Source of the DNA: Amoebidium appalachense
Lineage: Eukaryota; Protista; Ichthyosporea
Length of the DNA: 64,000 bases
Assembly (NCBI GenBank): GCA_963693365.1
Contig: CAVNZM010000003.1
Location: 1,824,768 to 1,888,767 of the forward strand
Direction of reading: 5' to 3'
This document shows, in pieces, positions 45,365 through 64,000 of the stretch. A model generated the notes under the pieces. It was not told where the DNA came from. It made no database searches and was given only the letters and a program-made list of their open reading frames with translations. Position numbers and translations under genes: made by a program. How positions within the stretch are numbered: position 1 is the stretch's first letter; every line of letters begins with the position of its first letter.

Positions 45365-46939
45365 CTAACCCAGCCAAGGGTGCACCATGAATTGAACCTT
45401 GCCCCTGTGATCCTTAACCTTTCCCTTCTTGTCCGTGTACTCCAGTTTGACCTCGTACTGCTTTGGCTGTGAAGAGAGCTGCACCGTGACACGTCCGGAC
45501 CCAATCTTGTCATCTTTGCTCAGGTCATCGTGGTCGTAACAGTTGAGCAATACAGAAATGGGTGCACGTGCCTCCTCGGGTGAAAGCTTGAAATGGTAAG
45601 TCTCGTTGTAACGGGGGTTGAGTTGGTTGGACATGATGGCTGATGTACGCACATGCTTGTCGTTGATGAACACGGTGACGTAGGGGTCGGCCTTGCCACC
45701 GATGCCCATGAGCCCAACGTCCATCTTGGGCAGGTCAGATGCAGAAACCAGCTCAAAGGCAAGCATGCTTGGCCCGTGGAAATTCCAGGCAGGAGGGGGT
45801 GGTGGGGGGATGCACATGGGTGCGTAACCGTTGGGAAGGGGCGCACCACCCAGATTCATCTGAGCCATTTGGGCTGCGAAGAAGTCGTGCTGAAGGGGGA
45901 GACTAACAGCATAGCGAGCAGGGTTGGGTGCAATGATGATGGGGACACGCAGGCGACAATCCTTGCCCATGGAAACGTCAAAGCGCACCTTGGCAACGTG
46001 AGAGATTTTTACCTCGCCGTGTTTGGACTTGAGGCCGGTGGATGGGGGCTCGACAGTGTTTGGGATGGGAAGCGCAAACTGGAGGGTGCGGCGCTCACCG
46101 GGGGCAATCTCAAGGGCGCGGAGTTTCTTGGAGACTAGCTCGACTTTCGATTTCCGCATTTCGGCGTGGTTGGTGTTTCTGTTGACGTTGGGGTAGCAGC
46201 ACTTCTCAACCAGGGTGATCTCTGCCGTCTGAAGCATGGACGAAGTTTTGTTGTGCACGTTTGCTGTGATGTTAATCACCTGCCCCTCCATGTAGCAGTA
46301 GGCATCGCAGCGGGCTTCAGCCTCAATCTCCCCACCAAAGAGGCTGTTCTTGTCGTCCTTCTTCATGGGAGGGGCGGTGGTGAGTTGCTCATAGGTGGGG
46401 CGGCGACCCATGATGTCGAGATCACGGTTGCTGGATTTCAGTTTCAGATGAAAATTGTGGTATTTCACCTTGACTTTGAGCTCATACTTGCAGAATTGGG
46501 AGTTGTGGCGACCGATGTCGAACGAATCACACAAGGAATCCTTGAGCTGGTAGCTGATGGGATAGCGTAGAATATACATGCCGGATCCTCCGGGGGCAGT
46601 CATGGGGCAGGGCTGCATGGGCGCAACGACAAACTTCGTTTTCTCCTTAAGCCATTTTTCCTTGTCGTTGTCGATTCTGATGTTGCCCTCGCTGTCCGTT
46701 TTATAGCCATGCTCGAGGGACTTTCCCTTGAGAAGGAACTTGATCAGCGCCGTTGGGTTGTGAGGAAGATGGGGCGTGTATACGTCAACAAAGCCGTGAA
46801 GGTAGGAGCCAGCCTCGAGGTTCTTGAGTGGGCGGTGTGTGTTGGTCTGGGGATCATCAATGCCGTTGACGACCAGAACTGCTCTAGCTTCCGGGGTGTA
46901 GGACTTAGCCTTCCCCATTTTACCTGAAAACTTCCCCAT
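45365..46939 (-). CDS. Intronless arrestin-domain protein with C-terminal C2 domain (524 aa)
   Basis: Arrestin-C-like segment: GEIEAEARCDAYCYMEGQVINITANVHNKTS...IPNTVEPPST...ISHVAKVRFDV...LRVPIII. C2 domain with acidic Ca2+ ligands: LVSASDLPKMD..GKADPYVTV...LNPRYNETY...CYDHDDLSKDDKIG. Confidence 0.85.
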   Translation of the reverse strand: MGKFSGKMGKAKSYTPEARAVLVVNGIDDPQTNTHRPLKNLEAGSYLHGFVDVYTPHLPHNPTALIKFLLKGKSLEHGYKTDSEGNIRIDNDKEKWLKEKTKFVVAPMQPCPMTAPGGSGMYILRYPISYQLKDSLCDSFDIGRHNSQFCKYELKVKVKYHNFHLKLKSSNRDLDIMGRRPTYEQLTTAPPMKKDDKNSLFGGEIEAEARCDAYCYMEGQVINITANVHNKTSSMLQTAEITLVEKCCYPNVNRNTNHAEMRKSKVELVSKKLRALEIAPGERRTLQFALPIPNTVEPPSTGLKSKHGEVKISHVAKVRFDVSMGKDCRLRVPIIIAPNPARYAVSLPLQHDFFAAQMAQMNLGGAPLPNGYAPMCIPPPPPPAWNFHGPSMLAFELVSASDLPKMDVGLMGIGGKADPYVTVFINDKHVRTSAIMSNQLNPRYNETYHFKLSPEEARAPISVLLNCYDHDDLSKDDKIGSGRVTVQLSSQPKQYEVKLEYTDKKGKVKDHRGKVQFMVHPWLG

Positions 46940-47574
46940 TTGTTAGCGCTCTCTCTTTCACTTCTTCTTTTAAAAGTTTTCGTTTTTTGTGACTGCTTAT
47001 GTCCTCTGTCGTTTTATAGTTTTGTTACCTTCTGGAGGGTGGCATAGCCGGCGCCTCTCGTTCGTGTGAAATTAGTGAAATTCGTACTGTTCGCTGATTG
47101 GTTTCAAATTTGCGCGCTTGCCACATAAAGCTATAAATAAGGATCTATTTTAGTTACAGCCAATCAGATTCTGGTGCGGTCACTGTTGTGTGCGGTGCGG
47201 TGCTCCAAAGAGTCTGTGTCATGCGGTCACCCGGCATGTGCCTCCGTGCACGTACATAGTGCACGTGCACGTGAACCATGCGCGTGCTGTGGGAAAAGAA
47301 CGACAAGCTGTTTCAAGATTTATGGCGTAATATAATGTACATAGTGTATGAAGGCTTGCGTCACGACATTGGCACGACACGCATGGATCATATGCGTTGG
47401 GATTAACACTACCACCTACTGAGGCGGTGTCGACGCCACAAGTAGATGAATAACGTCGCACGTGCGGCAACACGTCAGTACGTGTTAGGGATTAACAACA
47501 TGGTGTCGACAGTTGAAAAAAACCTCGATTGCTTGGATCCGGAGTAGATCTGGAGGAGAGAGAGTGTGTGTGTG

Positions 47575-47651
<77 letters not shown>

Positions 47652-47760
47652 CGTGTGTGTCTGTGCGTGTGTCTGTGCGTGTGTGTGTGCGTGTGTGTGT
47701 GTGGGTGGGTGGGTGTGTGAGTGTGTGCGTGTGTGTGTGCGTGCGTGCGTGCGTGCGTGC

Positions 47761-47873
<113 letters not shown>

Positions 47874-48030
47874 CCGGGGGAAGGGTTGATGGGGGGAGAG
47901 GGAGAGGGAGGGGAGCAGAACGTGACAGTTGTCCAAGCCGATTAACCAGAATTAACGAAGTTCCAGTAACACAATTATTATTATCCTATTTGAAATTGAT
48001 GAATAACTCTGCTGTGTGTGTGTGTGTGTA

Positions 48031-48069
<39 letters not shown>

Positions 48070-48746
48070 CATCGCCCTATCAAAAAAATTATTCTCGGAC
48101 CATTAATAAGCATGATATCTGGCAAAGTTGCTGTTGCAAACACGGGTATAATAGTTGTTTGATGGCATTGAATTTGGCTCAAAGAATATTTACTCGAACC
48201 GTGAAGTTATTTGATATATATTTGCTTGAGGTGGTGGTTGGTGAGGGGGAGGGTGGGGAGATGGGGGGGGGGGGGGGGGGGGGGGGAGGGGGGGGGGGGG
48301 GGGGGGGGGGAGAAGGGAGGGGAGGGAGGGGGGGGGGGGGGGGGAGGGGGGGTAAATATGAGAAAAGGCATTGAAGGCATTCAAAAATAATGACATGGAA
48401 TCTGTGTATCATGTGACACTCAGTGTAGCATCACCTAAACGACTGAGCACAAGAATTTATTGGGAGAGAATCTCCCTAAAATCAGTGCAGCCGGTTGATT
48501 CTTTACAAATGACTAAAAAACAAAATGTTCTAGTTTTGATGCAAGCTTCCCTTCCTCCCCTACCGGCTTCCCCTCCGCACATACCTTGATCCTTCCGCCC
48601 CCCCGAACCCCCCGCCCTTCCCCCCCCCACCAAAAAAAAAAAAAAAAAAAAAAAAAAAACATCCACTGCAACAACACCACTCGCGGCACACACATGCACG
48701 CATACACACGTGCACACAGACACAGGCGTGCAGCCTGTAATACATG

Positions 48747-48799
<53 letters not shown>

Positions 48800-49566
48800 C
48801 GCGCGCGCGTGTACACAAGTGAAATACACACTGGCACCAAATACGAAAATAGAGCAGAGTGCGCCACTGAATGTAGACTTGTTGACCACCCGACGTAGGA
48901 AAAGCTTCCGGTAACCGTTGCGTGCTGCGCCCTCCCCCCCCCCCCCCCTTCCGTCCCCCCTCCCCTCCTCCCCTCCCTGTTCCCCACCACCACTACCATC
49001 ACCACCACACCCTCCTCCCCCATCCCCCCCTCCCCTCCTCCCCCCATCCCCCCCCCCTCCCCTCCTCCCCCCCACCAAAAAAAAGAAAGAAAGAAAAGCT
49101 CAAAAAGAAAGAAAAAAATCAAAAGGGTACTAGCGCAACCTACTCACCTATTCCAGATATTTACCATGCCATTACATTTTTGGAGGGCTGATTTCAATTG
49201 ACAGAAGTTTCAGTACGATGTTTGTTCACGTGTTATGATTACTCTGTAGCACACTTGCGTGCGTTTTTTCAAGTGTGTGTGTGGTGTGTGTTTGTGCGCG
49301 CTTGTGTGTGTGTGCGCCTGTGTGTTTTTGTGTGTGTGTTTTTGTGTGTGTGTATTTGTGTGTACACGTGTGTGTGCGCGCACGTCACGTCTGTGTGTGT
49401 GCGTGCATGCGTGCATGTGTGCGTGCGTGCGCGCGCGCGTGTGTATATTTGTGTGTACGGTGTGTGTGTCTGTGTGTGTGTGTGTGTGTGCGTGTTTGTG
49501 TGTGTGTGCGTGCGTGCACGCACGTATGTGTGTGTGTGTGTGTGTGTGACGGTGTGTGTGTGTGCG

Positions 49567-49658
<92 letters not shown>

Positions 49659-50109
49659 CGTGTGTGTGTGTGTGTGCGCGCGCGCGTGTGTGTGTGTGTG
49701 TTTGTGTACTTTTGATCAATTATGTTACATGTAATAGTGTTTATCGCATGTCATGTGTGTGCTCATTCCAGTACACATCTGTGCGTTAGCTGGGTGTGTG
49801 GGAATTCACGTGCATGTACTTTTGGGTAGCTCAGGCTCAAAGTATAGCAACAAAACTAGTGGTGGTGGTGTGTGTGTGTGTTTGTGTGTGTGTGGGGGGG
49901 AGGGGGGTCTGTGTGTTCAATCGGCTCTGTGTGGGTCAGGATGAACGAACAGGAATCGGCTAAAACCCTGCAAGCAAAGTTTGTAAATTGAAGATGTAAA
50001 GTATTCCCAAACTGAATGCACTAAGATTGTTTGCTGATCACCTTAAGGAGTAAAGGAGAAAAAAATCTTAAGGAGAAAAAAAAACGGTGTGTGTGCATTT
50101 TTTTTTGGG

Positions 50110-50146
<37 letters not shown>

Positions 50147-50610
50147 AGGGAAGCATAGTGAGTTACTATGCAGGATGCATAACATAAGGGTTCGTGAGAG
50201 GAGATTTAATAAGTTACGTTTTATTTTTTTTTGAAAAAGGGAAGAGATGCTCTGGTTTTTTTGTAACTATGGCGCAGCTAGCTTTTGCACCGAAAAGTCA
50301 CCACCCGTGGTGGGATTTAAAAATAGCTAGCGATGCACTAACTAGTCACGAATTATAAGTCATAAATCATACGATGTTAGTAGAGGCACATTCTAAGAGT
50401 AGGAGCTAGGCCTTGAGGGAACCGCTAGAATTTCAAGTTATCCCCCCTTCCCCCCTCCCCTACCAAAAAATACCCCCCCCCCCCCCCCCCCCAAGAATTA
50501 ATATTAGTTTCTTTTCCTTTTTTTTTTTTAAAAAAAAAAAACGGATACCTTTTCTTCGTTAGAATACAGAACACCTTCAGAGATTTCCTTCTCTAAAATG
50601 CAGCACACCT

Positions 50611-52180
50611 TTAAAGAGGGTGCACGACAAACTTCACCTTGCCCCTGTGATCCTTAACCTTTCCCTTCTTGTCCGTATACTCGAGCTTAACCTCCATCGG
50701 TTGTGGCTGGGCTCCAAGCTGCACGGTAGCACGTGCAGACCCAATCTTGTCATCTTTGCTCAAAGCATCGTAATCGTAGCAGTTAAGGAGCACAGAAACG
50801 GATCCGGTCATCTCCTCTGGCGAGAGTTTAAACATGAAGTTCTCGTCATAGTGGGGATTCAGTTTTCCGTGCTTGATCGTGGACGTGCGCACGTGCTTGT
50901 TGTTGATGAAAATCGTGACGTATGGGTCAGCCTTGCCGCCAATACCCAAGAAACCAGGGTCCATTTTCGGGAGATCAGAGGCGGAAACCAACTCAAAGCG
51001 TAGCATGCTTGGCCCCTGGAAATTCCAGGCGGGGGGAGGGGGCGGGGGCACGCACATGGGTGCGTAACCGTTGGGGAGGGGAGCACCACCAAGGTTCATC
51101 TGTGCCATTTGTGCTGCGTAGAAGTCCTGAGGCACGGGAAGAGGAAGGCTGACAGCGTAACGAGCAGGGTTGGGTGCAATGATAACGGGAACGCGCAGGC
51201 GACAATCCTTGCCCATGGAAACGTCAAAGCGCACCTTTGCAACGTGCGAGATTTTCATCTCTCCGTTCTTGGAATGAAGGGAGGTGGAGGGGGGCTCGAC
51301 GGTTTGGGGGATGGGGAGCGCAAACTGGAGCGTGCGGTGCTCGCCGGGCGCAATCTCAAGAGCACGGAGTTGAGACGAGCTCGATCTTGTTCTTCACCAT
51401 CTGAACCGACTTGGTGTCTCGGTTAACGTTGGGGTAGCAGCACTTCTCAACGAGGGTGATCTCTGCCGACTGAAGCATGGACGAAGTTTTGTTGTGCACG
51501 TTTGCTGTGATGTTGATCACCTGCCCCTCCATGTAACAGTAGGCGTCGCAGCGGGCCTCGGCCTCAATCTCCCCACCAAAGAGGCTGTTCTTGTCGTCCT
51601 TCTTCATGGGAGGGGCGGTGGTGAGTTGCTCATAGGTGGGGCGGCGACCCATGATGTCAACATCGCGGTTGTTTGACTTGACCTTCACGTGGAAACCGTG
51701 GTATTTCACCTTGACTTTGAGCTCGTATTTGCAGAACTGGTTGTTGTGGCGGTCAATGCTGAAAGAATCACACAGGGTGTCATTGAGCTGGTAGCTGATG
51801 GGGTAGCGGAGGATGTACATGCCATCTTTCCCGGGCGCAACCATGGGGCAGGGCTGCAGGGGAGCAACGACAAACTTCGTTTTCTCCTTCAGCCATTTCT
51901 CCTTCTCGTTTTCGATCGTGACGTTGTTTTCGCTGTCCGTCTTGAACCCGTGTTCGAGGAACTTTCCCTTGAGAAGGAACTTGATAAGTGCGGTGGGGTT
52001 GGGTGGGAGGTAGCGGGTGTAAACGTCGACGTAACCGTGAAGGTAGGAGCCTGCCTCGAGGTTTTTCAGAGCGCTCTGTTTCCCTGTGTTGATATCATCG
52101 ATACCGTTAATGAGGAGAACGGCCTTGCCCTCCGTGTAGGACTTGATGGCCTTGCCAATCTTGCCTGAAAACTTTCCCAT
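50611..52180 (-). pseudogene. Tandem paralogue of the arrestin-C2 gene, split by a 5-nt deletion frameshift
   Basis: ORFs 52180-51356 and 51258-50611 are collinear with the 524-aa protein. At ~51370, TCC AAG AAA CTC of copy 1 reads TCA A CTC. Confidence 0.75.
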
Positions 52181-53378
52181 TTTCTCCGGTTTTGTCTTTC
52201 TGTTACAAGAAGATGTGGTGTGTGTGTGTAAATTTGTGTTGCTCGCTTGAATGATGTAAACACTGGCTCTTTTTCACGGGTTTTATACTCTGCGGTGTCT
52301 ATAGGCTTTAGGTCGGTGCGTCATTGGCCTTCCTGAGCCACACCGAATCGTATCCGGAAACTTTCAAGGTATCAAGGAAAGTCCTGCATGGCCATGGCGG
52401 GGCTGGCATTTATTATTGCTTATTATTAAAAACGAGTATGCACAACTTGAATAAGTGATTATATATATAAAAGTGCTTGAAGACAGCTGTTTTACATTTA
52501 AATTACTTTTATTTTCCTGATGTTGTGGCTATCTGTTACATTATTTGTCATATTGGAAGGGCAGTTCTTAGATAAAAAATAAACCTGGCATCAGGATAAC
52601 TTGAAGTTGCTCCAGTCTCAGCTCTTTTGAATTTTTTATCGATCATTTGATCAGGTCCAAAGTTTGTACGATTGGATAATAACTCGCGCACTTACCATAA
52701 ATGGCTATAGATAAGAAGTGGGTGCCGTTTAGACCAATCGGAAGAGGGTGCGTGATCACAAATTTGAATCTGCGAACGGGTTCACGCTTTTGGACCTGTG
52801 TTTTTTGAGAACATGCGAGGAAACGAAGGAAAAAAAGAAGCCTCGCGTTTTCCTGAATTATATCAGTATAATCGGAACAAATTTTATTGATTCATTATGT
52901 AGGTTATGAATTGTGCGGGAAATACACAAGGGCCTTAAAAATTACAAGTAACACTTCAAACCTGCATTCAAAATCATCAGTAACGTTGACACGCGTCAAT
53001 TTTGGCCACAATAATCACCGAGTCCTCTTGTGTGTGCAAATGTGCGTGAGCCTGAGGTGCCGTGCACATGCCACAGTGTCCCACGTAAAATATGTGTCCG
53101 TGAGCAATACCGTAGATCTTTTGAGCAATCACGTTTTTCCATTCCGTGCAATTCCCGTGTCACATGATGGCCCAGCCTGATGACTTTATGGCTATTGTCC
53201 GGCCCCCCGCCCCCCCCCTCGCGCGGCCTCAAGCTCAGGGCCTACCCCAAAAATATAGCTATAGCTAATGACCAGTAGGCTGGGCCACACACACACACAT
53301 GTACACACGTACACGTACACACACGCACACACACACAATCACACACTCATGTTTACCCACACACCCACCGGTGGCCAT

Positions 53379-53423
<45 letters not shown>

Positions 53424-54032
53424 ACACCCACACCCACACCCACACACACACTTTCTCTCTCTCTCTCTCGGTGTGCCGATCTATTTGCAGTGTAAATATC
53501 AACCTGTGATCATACATAAAAGCTACAACCCAAAACGCAAAAAACCGTTACATTTACATCAATAGCTGTCTTCAGCTGAGTACGTATACGTTTTTTCATA
53601 AAATCACAAGATACCCCCCCTCCCCCCCCCTCCCCGCGGCCAAAACCCTCTGGCAAATTTCAAACGCATGTGAGGAATCAAAAGACTCCGTAAAACGGAA
53701 GAAGAAAACGAGAAAAATCGAATACGCACTAGATTCATTAACATCAAGCGAAAGAGAAGGCGTCACTGATCAAAAAAGGAAGAGCGGGTGTGCGAGAGAG
53801 AGGTACCGTATGAACAAAACGACATGGAAAAACACACCACAAGCCCGCAAAGTCAAAAATGGAAATCCCACACTCACACTGGAGTGCTGGGCTCAGATGC
53901 ACTAACCCTAATTAAGATCAGCAATGCCTAATATCAAGACAGGAAAAGCATTCTGCTCTACATAAATGTAAAAAGCACCATAGACGCAAAACCCCCATCT
54001 GTGTGTGTGTGTGTGTACGTGTGTGTGCATGT

Positions 54033-54067
<35 letters not shown>

Positions 54068-54248
54068 CGCGTGCGTGTATGTGTGTGTAAGCAAACACAC
54101 AAACACACGTGCAGACACGCACATCCTGCCTCAAAGCTGTTCCTATTGCGTGTTGGAGGTATCCCGGGGTTGTCACGATCCATTAAAAATCACTATCAGA
54201 ATCTAATTAAGCAGGGGGTTTTCCTCCTTGAAATTTCAGATTCAGCAT

Positions 54249-62764
<8,516 letters not shown>

Positions 62765-62840
62765 CTGGGGAAGCAAGTATCTGTGAGCAGACTTATTATA
62801 GGTGTATATCGTGGGGGGGGGGGGGGGGGGGGGGGGGGGG

Positions 62841-63400
62841 TTTGAATGCGGAACACGGTACGAAGTACGCATACACGAAGGACACATGCAAAGGCAAACA
62901 TTCAAGTATGCAACATAGCCATGGTGCTTACAGATGCACGACACAGAGCAACCATGCCCGGTTGCATGGAAGTAAACCGGTCTCCACACAGTGGTCTGTC
63001 CTGAAAGGACACCTCTGAAAGAAGACTGGGGGGGTTTGAATGCGGAACACGGTACGAAGTACGCATACACGATGAGAAGTATGGTGCAGGACACATGCAT
63101 AGGCAAACATTCAAGGATGCAACATCAGCCATGCGCACAGTATGCGTCATAAGCAGGGCCCATCCTCAGGGAGGGCCCAAGTCATCAATTGCGTCTGAGT
63201 TTCGACCCCTTAGCCCGCATATATACGACTCTCCAACTCAGACAGCAGCATCAACTGAACTTGGGAGGGTCAACCCGTCTTGATCAAAGACGAGCAGGGT
63301 TGCTTATGCAAGCAAGGTGAGCAAAACGGTGAATATGTGTGTGCAAACTAATGCAGTGCAGCGAAAAATGCGTATGTGCTTACAGATGCACGACACAGAG

Positions 63401-63401
<1 letters not shown>
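62841..63401 (-). mobile_element. Family A retro-repeat, tandem of an internally deleted unit and a 5'-truncated unit (core 63148-63308)
   Basis: Units start at 62841 and 63035. The first unit jumps from gccatg to gtgcttacag at ~62923. Both ends lie in G-runs. Confidence 0.92.
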
Positions 63402-63436
<35 letters not shown>

Positions 63437-63625
63437 GGGGGGGGGGGGGTTCCTTGCCTTTTTCTTTTCTTCATATTTCTTCACTCTGTCACTTTCTTTC
63501 CTAAACCCCGTTATCTTCTTTCTTTAGAAAAAAGGAGACGGTGGTTGTGTGTGTGTGTTTTTTTATTATTATTTTTAATTCTATTTTATATTATTTTATT
63601 TCTTTATTTATTATTATTTATTTTT

Positions 63626-63691
<66 letters not shown>

Positions 63692-63717
63692 TTCTTTTTT
63701 TTTGGGGGGGGGGGGGG

Positions 63718-63867
63718 TTTGAATGCGTCAAAAAGTACGAAGTACACAAGAACAAACGGATAACACGATGCAGAATGCAAGCCATACATAAAGAGTATGC
63801 ATAATAAGCAGAGCCCATCCTCAGGGGGGGCCCACGTCATCCACAGTACCCGAGTTTCGACCTATTT
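63718..63867 (-). mobile_element. Family B retro-repeat, truncated within the core
   Basis: Matches 34668-34817 and is bounded by G-runs. Confidence 0.9.
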
Positions 63868-64000
63868 CCCGGGGGGGGGGGGGGGGGGGGTTCAACTTGT
63901 GCAGTATGAGATTTACAAATGCAGCCATGTAGACATATACATACCAGAATAAAAACAGATATACAGAAAATTCTACATAGAAGTATGACCTTAGATATAT

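Overview
Eukaryotic genomic DNA, probably an opisthokont or unicellular holozoan (inference from the animal-like RFT1, Nup88 and ZC3H14 proteins). Long introns are filled with (CA)n, poly-C and (CT)n tracts, and almost every ORF in the supplied track is a microsatellite artefact. Genes I could assemble by hand: a 3-exon NuiA-like gene (+), Nup88/Nup82 (+, about 19 exons), RFT1 (-, 13 exons), two tandem intronless arrestin-C2 genes (-, one frameshifted) and a ZC3H14/Nab2-like CCCH gene (-, 5' end outside the window). Mobile DNA includes a 5'-truncated LINE with a 15-bp TSD and two MITEs. The main discovery candidate is a set of three related non-coding retro-repeat families (A, B, C). They share a fixed 3' end at poly-C tracts, are 5'-truncated, and family A forms head-to-tail 452-nt units. 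Families A and B share a covarying ~160-nt RNA containing every hammerhead-ribozyme core nucleotide, but in a non-circularly permuted (pseudoknotted) strand order closed by a conserved kink-turn. The structure comes from manual comparison only, and catalysis is untested.
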